Below are positions 52,753 to 63,726 of a DNA stretch of 64,000 nucleotides, piece by piece. The notes under the pieces are model-generated. The model did no database searches. It saw only the letters and a list, made by a program, of their open reading frames with translations, and was not told the origin of the DNA. How positions within the stretch are numbered: the stretch's first letter is position 1; the number at the start of each line of letters is the position of its first letter. Both the position numbers and the translations under genes were made by a program. Location of the stretch: contig JAHHIM010000011.1 of NCBI GenBank assembly GCA_019358915.1, positions 32,001-96,000 of the forward strand, read 5' to 3'. This DNA is from Trichormus sp. ATA11-4-KO1 (GTDB lineage Bacteria > Cyanobacteriota > Cyanobacteriia > Cyanobacteriales > Nostocaceae).

Positions 52753-53790
52753 CTAACGCAGTTGTAGGTTCTTCGGTTCATCAAACAAATGAATAGTATC
52801 CACAAAGCGGGCTGTATTGGACTGGTTGGAAATAACCAAACTTTGAGTCCTTGCACCACCACTGAAGAAGCGGACACCTTCCATCAGAGTGCCAGGGGTA
52901 ATACCACAAGCAGCAAATAGAACTGTTTCGCCAGAGGCTAATTCGTTGGCATTGTAAACCTTATCTGGGTCATCAATGCCCATTTCCTTCAGCCGTGCGA
53001 GATTGCCTTCTCTGCTTTCACCAATCAAACCTGTTTGCACTACGCTTGGATCGTAGATCAATTGCCCTTGGAAATGTCCTCCCAAGCATCGCATAGCCGC
53101 AGCAGAGATGACTCCTTCTGGTGCTGCACCGATGCCCATCAAAGCGTGGATATTAGTACCACCAAAGGCGCAGGAAATGGCAGCAGAAACGTCACCATCA
53201 CTGATCAATCTCACTCTCGCACCTGCGGTGCGAATTTCCTGGATGAGTTCTTTGTGGCGGGGACGATCCATCACCACAACCACCAATTCCTCAATGGAAC
53301 GGTTTAAGCACTCAGATAGGATTTTGAGGTTTTCAGTAGCCGACTTGTTAATGTCTACTAGACCTTTTGCTGGAGCTGGTGCCGCGAGTTTCTTCATGTA
53401 GAAGTCAGGCGCAGCAAATAAACCACCTTTTTCGGAAATTGCCAAAACTGCCATTGAGCCATTTTGACCGTAAGCAACCAAGTTTGTGCCTTCGCAGGGG
53501 TCAACGGCGATGTCAATTTCCATTAGTTCATCAGGGTTACAGTAATTTTTAGCATCTGGTTGGGTACAGATACCAACTTCTTCCCCAATGTAGAGCATGG
53601 GAGCTTCATCTCGTTCGCCTTCGCCAATCACAATGCGACCGCGCATGTAAATTTTATTCATCCGCTCCCGCATGGCTTCCACTGCTACTTGGTCAGCAAT
53701 GTTTTTTTCGCCTTTACCCATCCACTTCGAGGAAGCGATCGCGGCTTGCTCTACTACCTCAATAATCTCTAATCCAAGTGTATTTTCCAC
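52753..53790 (-). CDS. glpX: class II fructose-1,6/sedoheptulose-1,7-bisphosphatase
   Basis: [34 protein letters not shown]. Confidence 0.97.
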   Translation of the reverse strand: MENTLGLEIIEVVEQAAIASSKWMGKGEKNIADQVAVEAMRERMNKIYMRGRIVIGEGERDEAPMLYIGEEVGICTQPDAKNYCNPDELMEIDIAVDPCEGTNLVAYGQNGSMAVLAISEKGGLFAAPDFYMKKLAAPAPAKGLVDINKSATENLKILSECLNRSIEELVVVVMDRPRHKELIQEIRTAGARVRLISDGDVSAAISCAFGGTNIHALMGIGAAPEGVISAAAMRCLGGHFQGQLIYDPSVVQTGLIGESREGNLARLKEMGIDDPDKVYNANELASGETVLFAACGITPGTLMEGVRFFSGGARTQSLVISNQSNTARFVDTIHLFDEPKNLQLR

Positions 53791-54061
53791 AGAGTCACCC
53801 TCTCAACTGCTTGACTTAGCGTCTTTTTATTTGGCTATTTCAGTCTTCAAGTCTACCAAAGGGCGGATACACGTGGGAAATAGTCTCTACTAGCTTATGT
53901 GTTAAGTTTTGCTTCTACGATGATGCCAAAGTTTTTCCGCCATCTAAATATTAGTATTTTAGTACTAGTACAGATCATCAAGAACATGGCATCTGACTAC
54001 CTAAGTAATATAGGCTAGAGATATTTGCCAAAAATCCAGACAATTCACCAACATTTTCGCT

Positions 54062-54388
54062 ATGTTTGACTTTCTCAACCCCCTTTTTAATCGCCATCCA
54101 GAACGCGTCAAAGCTAACGTGGAAATCTATACTTGGCAAGCTTGCCCTTACTGTATCCGTGCCAAAATGCTGCTGTGGTGGAAAGGTGTAAGATTCACCG
54201 AATATAAAATTTATGGTGACGCAGCAGCCAGAACTAAAATGGCCGAACGTGCCCATGGACGCCGCTCAGTACCACAGATTTTTATTAATAATCAGCACAT
54301 TGGCGGTTGTGATGACCTTTATCAGCTAGATACAACAGCTCAACTTGATCCTCTTTTAGAAAGTGCTGAGGAGCCACTTGCTCAATAG
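54062..54388 (+). CDS. grxC: dithiol glutaredoxin 3
   Basis: CPYC, SVPQIFI, IGGCDDL. Confidence 0.92.
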   Translation: MFDFLNPLFNRHPERVKANVEIYTWQACPYCIRAKMLLWWKGVRFTEYKIYGDAAARTKMAERAHGRRSVPQIFINNQHIGGCDDLYQLDTTAQLDPLLESAEEPLAQ

Positions 54389-54399
54389 CAATTACAAAG

Positions 54400-54894
54400 A
54401 TGTTAATTGAATATCCAGAATATCTCATACATCGAAAATGGATGACTCATGCCATAGAATTGGCAAACGTAGCAGGAGATGCAGGTGAAGTCCCTGTGGG
54501 TGCTGTGATCATTGATGCCAGTGGCAATTTGATTGCGGAAGGCGAAAACAGAAAAGAACGTGACAAAGACCCCTCAGCTCACGCAGAAATCCTCGCTCTC
54601 AGAGCTGCTGCTCAAAGTTTAGATAATTGGCGTCTAAATCAATGCACCCTGTACGTAACTCTAGAACCTTGCCCGATGTGTGCCGGTGCTATTGTGCAAG
54701 CTCGGATAAATTTGCTTGTATATGGAGTAGACGATACTAAAACTGGAGCCATTCGTACTGTTATCAATATCCCTGATAGTGCTGCTTCTAATCACCGTCT
54801 ACGAGTGATGGGAGGTATTTTAGAATCATCTTGTCGTCAGCAGTTGCAAGCTTGGTTTGCTACTCGGCGTCGTAAAGACAACGGACAGAGGTAA
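54400..54894 (+). CDS. tadA: tRNA adenosine(34) deaminase
   Basis: GEVPVGAV, AHAE, TLEPCPMCAGA. Confidence 0.92.
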   Translation: MLIEYPEYLIHRKWMTHAIELANVAGDAGEVPVGAVIIDASGNLIAEGENRKERDKDPSAHAEILALRAAAQSLDNWRLNQCTLYVTLEPCPMCAGAIVQARINLLVYGVDDTKTGAIRTVINIPDSAASNHRLRVMGGILESSCRQQLQAWFATRRRKDNGQR

Positions 54895-54992
54895 AACTGT
54901 CCAGTAACTACGACACAATTCACGGAAGAAAATCTACGGTGTAACTAATTAAGCTTTCGTTATATTTTCCGGGACAAACAGCAGCTACCATC

Positions 54993-55763
54993 ATGATAAA
55001 ATTTTATACTTCCAACAGGATCTGCCAGCAAGTACTAACTAGTACCAAAGCAAATACCAAGGTAGCTCATACTACCTCGCGGGTTTCTCCTTGGTTAAGT
55101 CCTTTAGTATATCTTTTAGGGCGTCACTTCCTATTACCATTATTCTTTCGACAAATTAGAATTACCGGACAAGAAAATGTCCCTGTATCTGGCCCTGTGA
55201 TCCTGGCACCTACACATCGGGCGCGTTGGGATTCTTTGCTTTTACCTTATGCTACTGGTCGCTGCGTCACAGGGCGAGACCTGCGATTTATGGTAACTAT
55301 CAGTGAGTGCCAAGGACTGCAAGGCGCTCTAGTGCGCCGGATGGGAGGATTTCCTGTAGATCCTCAACATCCAGCCATTACTACTCTGCGTCATGCAGTG
55401 GAATTACTCCAACACAATGAAATGTTAGTTATTTATCCAGAAGGTGATATTTATCGTGATGGCAAACTGCACCCGTTAAAGCCAGGAATTGCGCGTCTGT
55501 CTTTAATTGCTGAATCTAGTTATCCAGGACTGGGTGTGAGAATAATACCCATTAGTATTAATTACAGCCAGCCTTACCCTAACTGGGGTACGGATGTGAG
55601 CATGCAAATTGGCGAGGCAATCAAGGTAGCAGATTACACTGATGGTAGTGTGAAACAAAATGCTCAACGCCTCACATCAGATTTAGCCAAGAAGCTACAA
55701 AAATTAAGCAATCAAGAATCAAAAATCAATAGTCACGCATTTGCAGAAATTCCCAATTCTTAA
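54993..55763 (+). CDS. lysophospholipid acyltransferase (PlsC family)
   Basis: HRARWD (HX4D), YPEG. Confidence 0.88.
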   Translation: MIKFYTSNRICQQVLTSTKANTKVAHTTSRVSPWLSPLVYLLGRHFLLPLFFRQIRITGQENVPVSGPVILAPTHRARWDSLLLPYATGRCVTGRDLRFMVTISECQGLQGALVRRMGGFPVDPQHPAITTLRHAVELLQHNEMLVIYPEGDIYRDGKLHPLKPGIARLSLIAESSYPGLGVRIIPISINYSQPYPNWGTDVSMQIGEAIKVADYTDGSVKQNAQRLTSDLAKKLQKLSNQESKINSHAFAEIPNS

Positions 55764-55792
55764 TTGAGTTATTAATTACTCAGTTTACTGAA

Positions 55793-57895
55793 CTAATAAC
55801 CAATAACTAATTCCCAACTATTGAGTTTTCCGACATCTTGTAGTGCGTAGTCAATTAACCACAACTGCCAATTTCCTCTAGGTGAAATAGATAGTAACCG
55901 TTTGAGGGCTGGATGCGATCGCATGGTGTATGTTGTCTGTAAATCAGTCCGACGGCCTAAGGTTCGATTTTGTAACAAGACTCGATAATTATTGGGGGCA
56001 ATTAAATAAATTTCTAAGTCGCCTAAGAAATCATGTGTGATATTAACTGTGATGTGAATATCTTTGATGATGCTAGATTCAGCAATGGCGATCGCACTTT
56101 TGATTCCCTGTGGATGATTGTCTGGGATTTGTAACTGACTGCTATTCCCTACCCTGATTTGTTTACTAGCAGATGCTACAGAGGTACGCAATTGCTGGGC
56201 GGCTTGCACTGCCCTAGCGGCATTAATTTTGCCGTAACCAAACCACTGCGAATGTCCGTTACTATTGTAAGTACCTTCACGCAGACCCAATTGCGGATCG
56301 GGGTCAGAGTCCACTATTTTATCAGCAGTTTCTTCCAGAATAAATTTTACTTGTTGGGCTGTTAAGTCAGGATTTGCAGATAAAACCAATGCGGCTACAC
56401 CTGCAACTATGGGCGTGGCGCTGGAAGTACCACCGAAGTTACTAGTAAAATCACCAGGATCGTAACCTGCGGCGCCTACTTGGTCAGTAGTTAATATTCC
56501 TCGCCCGTGTAGAGAAGTGGCGATCGCTGGTTGTGTGTTCATAAAACCCCTACCCTGAAATGACAATCCTGGTGGGGCATTGTTACTGGGGGCACACAAG
56601 GCGATATTAGTTCCCCAATTGCTGTAAGCAGCTTTTTTGTTCAAACTAGTAGCAGCCGCAATGGCAATCACATCTGGATGTACAGAAAAACCACTTAACC
56701 AATCAGTATTACCTCGTAAAAAATTATCTGGCCAGTTACGCTCATAAACAGTACCGTTAACTGGGCGATTAGCATTTCCCGCAGCAAATAAAATTACGCA
56801 CCCTTTGCCATTACGCCCTGTGGTGGCAGCACGAGTAATAGCAGCTCGTTGGCGCAAAGATAAGGGGAAATACACAGCAGAAGCCCCCCAACTGCATGAA
56901 ATAATACTAGCTCCCTTTTCTACAGCCCAGTTGAACATCTCTTCAATGGATTCATCATCCAAAAAACCAGTGCTACGAATGGGCATTAGGGCACAACCAG
57001 GGGCAACCCCCACAATTCCCGTACCATTTTCTTCAGCAATGGCTAGCCCTGCGCAAGCCGTACCGTGACTAGTTTCGCGATCGCCTGGTGTCGGTAAAAA
57101 GTCATTTTTCTTTAAGTCTCTAGGGGCAACAATTTTGCCACTACCTTGAAAATCTGGATGGTTCAAATCAAAAGAATCATCCACTACTGCCACAACTACA
57201 GAACGCACACCGCGAGTAATATCCCAAGCTTGTTCTACAGAAATATGAGAACCTACCGCCAACTGGTTACCGCCATTGTGGGACAAATACCACTGCTGAG
57301 AATACAAGGTATCACTGGGTCGATAATGTGATTCACTTTTAATCAGGATATTTGGTTCAGCAACTAATACCTCTGGGAATCCTTGCAGCTGATTAGTAAT
57401 TTTGATGGGATTTTCTGTAGCTTGTTTGCTAACTAGAAATACAAAAGTATTGGGAAGACCAAGCACAGCTTTGTCTTTAACTAAACCAAATTCAGTGGCG
57501 ATCGCTTCAATTCTGGTAGAGTCTACTCCAGAGGCAAATTGCACTGTAACTTGATCATTCAGGTAAACAAAAGTCCCAGGATTATCTTTAATTATGTAAA
57601 CATGACCAGCAAAAGTCACATTTTCGTCCGCCCGTGCTTGGGACATAGCTACTTCTAATTGGGAAGATGTAACTGCGAACAGTTCTAAATGTGCTTGGGG
57701 AATACTACGCTGCCAAATGCCCCAACTAACCTGAGATAATTGTTGAGGACTTAAGTCGTTCTCTAAACGAACACTAAAGCAGTCTAAAGCCTTTTCTAAA
57801 ATCAATTCTTCACCACCACGTTGTAAAACTGTTCCCAAGCTGCTTGCGGGTACACCTGTAGTGGGAAAATCAGAAGAATTAACAGGATCATTCAT
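55793..57895 (-). CDS. subtilisin-like S8 peptidase with C-terminal P-domain
   Basis: triad VVDD / HGTACAG / GTSSATP; P-domain HDFLGDL..GNWQL..G.LNSW; likely start ATG 57895. Confidence 0.92.
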   Translation of the reverse strand: MNDPVNSSDFPTTGVPASSLGTVLQRGGEELILEKALDCFSVRLENDLSPQQLSQVSWGIWQRSIPQAHLELFAVTSSQLEVAMSQARADENVTFAGHVYIIKDNPGTFVYLNDQVTVQFASGVDSTRIEAIATEFGLVKDKAVLGLPNTFVFLVSKQATENPIKITNQLQGFPEVLVAEPNILIKSESHYRPSDTLYSQQWYLSHNGGNQLAVGSHISVEQAWDITRGVRSVVVAVVDDSFDLNHPDFQGSGKIVAPRDLKKNDFLPTPGDRETSHGTACAGLAIAEENGTGIVGVAPGCALMPIRSTGFLDDESIEEMFNWAVEKGASIISCSWGASAVYFPLSLRQRAAITRAATTGRNGKGCVILFAAGNANRPVNGTVYERNWPDNFLRGNTDWLSGFSVHPDVIAIAAATSLNKKAAYSNWGTNIALCAPSNNAPPGLSFQGRGFMNTQPAIATSLHGRGILTTDQVGAAGYDPGDFTSNFGGTSSATPIVAGVAALVLSANPDLTAQQVKFILEETADKIVDSDPDPQLGLREGTYNSNGHSQWFGYGKINAARAVQAAQQLRTSVASASKQIRVGNSSQLQIPDNHPQGIKSAIAIAESSIIKDIHITVNITHDFLGDLEIYLIAPNNYRVLLQNRTLGRRTDLQTTYTMRSHPALKRLLSISPRGNWQLWLIDYALQDVGKLNSWELVIGY

Positions 57896-58208
57896 AGGGG
57901 TGATTTTAGTTAGTTGTGATGCATGCACAAAGGGAACACTATGAAACCGATTTTCGGTCTAATCAGAGGAGAGTAGAAACAGGAAGTAGGGAATGGGGAG
58001 TAGAGAAGATTACTAATAATAAGTTCTTTCCCCTGTGCCCCTCTCCCTCTTTTTCCCTATCCCCTGTCACTGTTCGGCTGACGCTCACGGCAAAAGCCTG
58101 TTCCCTATTTTCTAACTAAGTAGCTTTGTTTTGTTAAAGACAAAAACAGAGTTAAGATACCCAAAGTTTCCCTGACTTTTTTATATAGTTGTTGCACTAA
58201 TTGACCCC

Positions 58209-58787
58209 ATGAAATCTGCCGCCCTTGCTCCCTTAATTAGCTTTACTTCCTTAACATTCATAGCAGTTCTTAGCTGGCTATCACCTGTCAATGCTCAAGT
58301 ACAACCCATTGACCCCAACAATCCCAACACTCTCCGTCCTCAAGCCCCAAACAACAGCCTTTTGAGCGTTGAGGGAGGACAACGGCTGATGCAAGAGGCC
58401 AATCAAGCTGTTTCTTCGCAAAATTATCCTTTAGCCGCTAAAAAGCTCCAAGAAGCTCGTCAGGTTTATAATCAGCTATCTAATTTTTATCAAGAACTAA
58501 ATGCTAGCTTTACAGGAATTGACAATAGAGTTTCCGATTCCCAGCGTCAGAAAGCCCTAGAAACCGCCCAAAAACGCGACGAAGCTACCTATCAGCTAGC
58601 ACTGGTACATCGGGCGCAAAATCAGCCAGAATTAGCCGTACCGTTGTTAATTCAGATTATTAAAAGTCAAAATCCCACAAGGGATTTAGGCAAGAAGGCC
58701 TATCAGCAGTTATTTGAATTGGGTTTTGTTGATACACCTTATCCCAGACAAGGTACTAGTTCATCTTCTTCAACTCAAAGTAGATAA
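58209..58787 (+). CDS. conserved exported TPR-like protein
   Basis: signal peptide ending VNA; helical body, QLFELGFV. Confidence 0.7.
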   Translation: MKSAALAPLISFTSLTFIAVLSWLSPVNAQVQPIDPNNPNTLRPQAPNNSLLSVEGGQRLMQEANQAVSSQNYPLAAKKLQEARQVYNQLSNFYQELNASFTGIDNRVSDSQRQKALETAQKRDEATYQLALVHRAQNQPELAVPLLIQIIKSQNPTRDLGKKAYQQLFELGFVDTPYPRQGTSSSSSTQSR

Positions 58788-59016
58788 ACTCCTCTATCAG
58801 CCCACCTCCCCTGAATTCTCCAATGTTAATATGAGATTATTTGCCATAGGTTTTTAATCAGGCGTTAGCGTTCAGGCAGCGTGCCGTAGAGAAAATATCG
58901 CCAAAATCAGCCTCAAAAGCGCATTTACACCTAGCATTGCCAAAACCTCAAGTTGGCGAGTTCTTTCGCATCTGTATCTGTTAATAATAGAAAAGTAACT
59001 TTTTTCAGGAATTGCG

Positions 59017-59274
59017 ATGATTAATCCGCAACAGGTTGAGGCAATGATCAAGGCGGAACTGCCAGACGCCCAAATTCAGGTGCAGGACTTAACTGGTGGC
59101 GGTGACCACTATCAAGTAACAGTAGTTTCATCGCAGTTTGCCGATAAGGGACTGGTGCAACAACATCAGTTAGTTTATGGTGCATTGCGGCAAGCTATGT
59201 CAACTGAGGCAATTCATGCCTTGGCTGTCAAAACCTATACTCCCGAAGCTTGGCAAGCAACAGCCGCTTCGTAA
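59017..59274 (+). CDS. bolA: BolA family protein
   Basis: [21 protein letters not shown]. Confidence 0.92.
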   Translation: MINPQQVEAMIKAELPDAQIQVQDLTGGGDHYQVTVVSSQFADKGLVQQHQLVYGALRQAMSTEAIHALAVKTYTPEAWQATAAS

Positions 59275-59374
59275 GAGCAATCAGTCCAAAGTTAAAATTC
59301 CACAGTGGCAATACTGACTGTTGAATTATTGACTATTGACATCTTGGCTATTAGCAACATAGGAAAAAAAGACC

Positions 59375-59698
59375 ATGAACCCAGAAACCAAAGAAAAGAT
59401 TGATAACTTGTTACAACAAAACAAGATATTGGTTTTTATGAAGGGAAACAAATTGATGCCTCAATGTGGTTTCTCCAATAACGTCGTACAGATTCTCAAT
59501 ACGTTAGGAGTTCCCTTTGAGACAGTTGACGTTCTCTCAGACTATGAAATTCGCCAGGGTATTAAAGAATATTCCGATTGGCCGACAATTCCCCAAGTGT
59601 ATATTGACGGTCAATTCGTCGGAGGTTCCGACATCCTGATTGAACTGTACCAAAAAGGCGAATTGCAGCAATTGGTAGAAGTAGCACTAGCGTCATAA
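59375..59698 (+). CDS. grxD: monothiol glutaredoxin
   Basis: FMKG..PQCGFS, WPTIPQ, GGSD. Confidence 0.95.
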   Translation: MNPETKEKIDNLLQQNKILVFMKGNKLMPQCGFSNNVVQILNTLGVPFETVDVLSDYEIRQGIKEYSDWPTIPQVYIDGQFVGGSDILIELYQKGELQQLVEVALAS

Positions 59699-59754
59699 TC
59701 CCTATTCAGCAGCATCTCTTCTACTTTGCTGCTGAATAAGTCTTTGCATAACTG

Positions 59755-59779
59755 CCTGGAAACACTCCAGGGTTTTTTT
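59755..59779 (+). terminator. intrinsic terminator after grxD
   Basis: CCTGGA-AACAC-TCCAGG then T-tract; a second hairpin lies at 59703-59738. Confidence 0.65.
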
Positions 59780-59970
59780 AAGTTTTCCCGGAATATTTGG
59801 GTTGCTAATTCCTTAGCACTATATTTTTAGCAATACAGTGCTAAAGGATGCCTTTGATAAATATAATATCTCCAAAATTTCACACCACTGCACCCTTGAT
59901 CAAAGCAAACGATATGTTATAATCATCTGCGTTAATCCATGGTTACTATCAAAGACTAGAGTTAAAGGTA

Positions 59971-60219
59971 TTAGTAGTAATCAGGTTGTGCCTGTGGTTG
60001 CGTCATGGCAAAATTTGATGCATCGTACAAGTAGCGGCTGGCTTCCTCCTCTAGGCGATGAATCAGAATGGGTTCAATGGCGTTACTGTGTCGCAGCGCG
60101 GCTAAATATCCATCCAAATACATCCGCATATCGTCCGTGCGATAACCGCGATTCCATAACTCGACGAAGGCGTCGGTAATTCGTTGGTAATAGCGGATGG
60201 TTTGTGTGTCTTGGAGCAT
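59971..60219 (-). CDS. conserved cyanobacterial protein (DUF6761-like)
   Basis: MLQDTQTIRYYQRITD..YLDGYLAALR..RLEEE; likely start 60219. Confidence 0.7.
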   Translation of the reverse strand: MLQDTQTIRYYQRITDAFVELWNRGYRTDDMRMYLDGYLAALRHSNAIEPILIHRLEEEASRYLYDASNFAMTQPQAQPDYY

Positions 60220-60786
60220 AACTGCTTTATTAATCTCTTGGAATGAGAATTGTAAATGATTCACGCTCAAATGTGAAGTCTTACTTCCACCTTCTTTTGA
60301 TCAACTCCAGGCGAAAATATCTATCGTGGGCAAGATCCTCCAGCAGCTACAACGTGATCTGATCCTATTCCATAAAATTTGGAATATGATGGTTTGGTAA
60401 GCTATTTTTATGATTGTTTCCGTCAACAGCCCGAATTGATTGGCGGATGTGGACGCTAAGTTTGGCAAAATATCATCCGCTAGCAGCATAAAGCCAAAAT
60501 ATAGCTTAGGTAACGCTTGCCCTGTTTAGTGATAGTTCATTGGTAACTTAAACCCCTCTAAGGTAGGATATTCTACCAAAGGAACTTTTGATAAGTCTAA
60601 CAAAAATTTAAGAAAAAATTAAAGAATATTACTAACTCAGCTTTTGGCAAGGCATTAGTTAAAGATCATGCCACTCTTGGTATGAGGAAATGTAAAGCTA
60701 ATAGCAACTGGGGTAACAAAGGCTACAAAACCTTGAGCATGGGCTTGTTACTTTGAAAGTCATCGACGCTAAGGGGTCTTGCCGCC

Positions 60787-61557
60787 GTGGGTTCGGTTTG
60801 TATTGAAATCGTTGAGGGGAATCCCCATCTGAGGTCGTTGCTGGGATGGCACTTGCAACAGTTGGAATACCGTGTGCATCAAGCCGCCAGCATTTATCAA
60901 GCAAGGGAAGTGTTCTTAAGTCATCAACCAACACTGGTGATTCTTGATGCCGATTTACCTGACGGTGATGGCATTGAGTTTTGCCGTTGGTTGCATCGTC
61001 AGCAACAGCCTTTAATCTTAATGCTATCTGCCCGTAGTAATGAAGCTGATATCGTTGCAGGTTTGAAGGCGGGAGCTGATGACTACCTAAGCAAACCTTT
61101 TGGAATGCAAGAGTTTCTCGCCAGGGTAGAGGCATTGATTCGCCGCAAGCGCACACCCACTGCACCAGCTTATTTAGATTATGGCAGCTTACAAATTGAT
61201 TTAGTACAGCGCCGAGTCCGATTCCAAGGGGAGTTTATTGATTTAACGCCCCAGGAGTTTAGTTTGTTGTACGTTTTAGCACAAGCTGGAGGAGTGCCTC
61301 TGAGTAGGTCGGAATTACTGCGTCGTGCTTGGCCTGACGCTATCGACAACCCACGCACCATTGATACTCATGTTTTGTCGCTGCGAAAAAAAGTTGAACT
61401 TGATCCCCGTCAACCTAGTTTGATTCAAACTATCCGTAATGTGGGATACCGATTTAACATGGAAATTTTGAATGCCAATGTACCGCAGTCACAAACCAAG
61501 TTAACTAAAGAAAGATTCAGCAATCCACGTTCTACACTGAGTACTCAAAGGTCATAA
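60787..61557 (+). CDS. OmpR-family response regulator
   Basis: VILDADLPDGDG, GADDYLSKPF, LTPQEF, RTIDTHV, TIRNVGY. Confidence 0.93.
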   Translation: MGSVCIEIVEGNPHLRSLLGWHLQQLEYRVHQAASIYQAREVFLSHQPTLVILDADLPDGDGIEFCRWLHRQQQPLILMLSARSNEADIVAGLKAGADDYLSKPFGMQEFLARVEALIRRKRTPTAPAYLDYGSLQIDLVQRRVRFQGEFIDLTPQEFSLLYVLAQAGGVPLSRSELLRRAWPDAIDNPRTIDTHVLSLRKKVELDPRQPSLIQTIRNVGYRFNMEILNANVPQSQTKLTKERFSNPRSTLSTQRS

Positions 61558-61610
61558 GGGAGATAACATTAATTCAAAATTCCAAAATTAATTTGGAGAC
61601 AAGCAAGCAA

Positions 61611-62411
61611 CTAAATCCATTCCTCAGCTGCTTGTGTTTCGGCTTCGATCAAGCTTTCTCGTAAGTTAACCCAATTTATCTCAGAGGCTGTTTGGTCTGT
61701 CAACAAATGACCTTGCTGTAGCTGTAATAATCGAGTGCAAAACATCTGGGCTAAGTCTATCTGGTTATTGACCATCAAAATTGTAGTTTGATGAGTTTGA
61801 GTTAGCTGGTTGAGAATTTGCATCAGGTGAGAAGCTTTACCAGTATCCAAGGCAGATGTTGGCTCATCTAATAGTAGAACCTTTGGCTGGATAACTAAGG
61901 CACGAGCGATCGCAATTAATTGTCGCTGTCCAGCAGAAAGTTGTAGTTCAGTTTTCCCCAACCATTCACTGGGGATGTGCAATTGTTCTATCCAGTGTTC
62001 GACTCTTGGCTGAATTGTTTGTTTGGGTAATCCACGCAAAACTAAAGGATAAGCCAAAGCTTGCTGGACTGTCATCCCCAACAGCTTTGACTCTTGTAAT
62101 ACCAGTGTTACGTTTTGGCGTAACTGTGTAGCAGGAATTTGGTGATACTCCTGATTTTCCAGATAGATTTTGCCACTTGTGGGTGTACTCAGGCGGTTAA
62201 TCAGCCGTAGTAGTGAAGTTTTTCCAGCACCGGATGGGCCGACAATCGCAATGCGTTCACCGCAGGTGTTGGCGGAGCCATCGCCTGGGAAAACCTCAAA
62301 GGAAATATCCTGCAATATGGGATATCCCTGAAGCTGGGTTTTCAGCTTGGCAAACAAATTAACTTGTTCTAGCCTTAGTTGGGCTGTTGTGGTGACATTA
62401 TTCAAGTTCAA
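61611..62411 (-). CDS. ABC transporter ATP-binding protein
   Basis: GPSGAGKT, LSAGQ, LLDEPTSALD. Confidence 0.88.
   Translation of the reverse strand: MNLNNVTTTAQLRLEQVNLFAKLKTQLQGYPILQDISFEVFPGDGSANTCGERIAIVGPSGAGKTSLLRLINRLSTPTSGKIYLENQEYHQIPATQLRQNVTLVLQESKLLGMTVQQALAYPLVLRGLPKQTIQPRVEHWIEQLHIPSEWLGKTELQLSAGQRQLIAIARALVIQPKVLLLDEPTSALDTGKASHLMQILNQLTQTHQTTILMVNNQIDLAQMFCTRLLQLQQGHLLTDQTASEINWVNLRESLIEAETQAAEEWI
62256..62279. mobile_element. 24-bp small dispersed repeat inserted into a HIP1 site
   Basis: GCG[TTCACCGCAGGTGTTGGCGGAGCC]ATCGC; removal restores GCGATCGC and the peptide GDRIAIVG. Confidence 0.8.
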
Positions 62412-62498
62412 CCTTTATATGTGAGTGGGGACTGGGAAATAGAGACTGGGTACTAGGGAAAAATCACCACTCTCTATTCCCTACTCTCTATTCTCTAT

Positions 62499-63065
62499 CT
62501 AAGTTAATTTGCCAAGAGCTAAAGCTGTAGTGATAGTCCAGCCATCTACTAACAGCAGTAGCAAGGTGAATCCCAACAAAATCACATACATCCACGGCTG
62601 CGCCAAGGGGCGAACATCTGTGGTATCAATGCTCGTTTTGGTTTCGACGATTTTTACCAAGCGGGTAAATCCGGCTACACGCATTGGTAATAAATAAGCC
62701 TTTCCATCTTGACTAAGGAAATAATAAACTAGTCCGCCTTGACCAGTGGAGCGAGGCTTTAACTCTTTTACATCCAACCAAGATAAAAACCAACCTTTAC
62801 GAAAGAAGCCAGGAACCCATGCGGGGTAAGTTACCTGAATTCCTTGATCATCTACAATTACTCGCTCAGTCAATATCGCAGACAAAGCAACAAAGCCGAT
62901 ACTAATTCCCACCCATAACAAAACTGGTGGTACGGGCGCAGCTGTTACTTGAGACAAAAAAGGTAATGGTACTGTGAGTGACACATATAGACTTAAGAGC
63001 GTTATCCGAATTAACGGGGACAAACGAAAAACAGAGGCTGAGGTATTGGCTGAATTTGCTGTCAC
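62499..63065 (-). CDS. conserved cyanobacterial membrane protein
   Basis: FRLSPLIRITL..TGQGGLVYYF..LLPMRVAGF..PLAQPWMY. Confidence 0.7.
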   Translation of the reverse strand: MTANSANTSASVFRLSPLIRITLLSLYVSLTVPLPFLSQVTAAPVPPVLLWVGISIGFVALSAILTERVIVDDQGIQVTYPAWVPGFFRKGWFLSWLDVKELKPRSTGQGGLVYYFLSQDGKAYLLPMRVAGFTRLVKIVETKTSIDTTDVRPLAQPWMYVILLGFTLLLLLVDGWTITTALALGKLT

Positions 63066-63134
63066 GGCTTAATCACAATACTTTTCTTTATATATTTTAA
63101 TAAAAGTTTGTAGTAAAAAAATAAACATCCCAGA

Positions 63135-63596
63135 TTAAGGTAAATACTTTTGCACTACACTCCAACCAGTTAGGGAAACCCAGGCAAAACCCCCGAATAA
63201 AATCATATTTACCCCAATATGTAAAGGTCTAGCCCAAAACCGTCTGGTGCTAATTTGGGTTGCACTAAAAGCAGATAGCAAAACCAACACTACGACAATC
63301 AACCCAGCAATCAAGTGTTGTGAGTGTCCTAAGGAACCAAAGTGTCCTAGAGTGCCAACAATACCAATAGCCAGCAACAGCAACACTAAACTGACCATAG
63401 TGATGCCAATTGTATGGTGGAGCGATCGCACCTGCCTACGTCCGCCCATAAACCATGGAAAGCGCAGAAAATGCTGCGAAGTTCGCTCCTGAAACATCCA
63501 AATCCCCGTCAGTGCTAACAGCAAATACGCCAGTAGCGACAAACCCATAGACCAAGCGGCTATTTTCCACAACCAAATAAAAGAAGGCAAATTCAT
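63135..63596 (-). CDS. DUF4079-like membrane protein
   Basis: MNLPSFIWLWKIAAWSMG..LHH..GHFGSLGHSQH..LH..VQKYLP; His in TM helices. Confidence 0.75.
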   Translation of the reverse strand: MNLPSFIWLWKIAAWSMGLSLLAYLLLALTGIWMFQERTSQHFLRFPWFMGGRRQVRSLHHTIGITMVSLVLLLLAIGIVGTLGHFGSLGHSQHLIAGLIVVVLVLLSAFSATQISTRRFWARPLHIGVNMILFGGFAWVSLTGWSVVQKYLP

Positions 63597-63726
63597 AACA
63601 TTGATTGTAGATGCGAATGGGTGGAGATCAAGGGGATGGTGGCAATAATTAACCGACCAATGACTAATATTCAACAAAAAGGGCTGCTGAATTTAGCAAC
63701 CCTAAAATTATAAAAAATTGTTTTTT

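Noticed and set aside
55793..57895. S8 protease as a cyanobactin (PatA/PatG) or Nif11 maturation enzyme
   Set aside because: It has a P-domain, housekeeping neighbours, no adjacent precursor or cyclodehydratase, and is over 10 kb from the Nif11-like gene.
60271..60786. Possible ncRNA in the long divergent intergenic region
   Set aside because: No recognisable RNA family or terminator; can be explained as two promoters.
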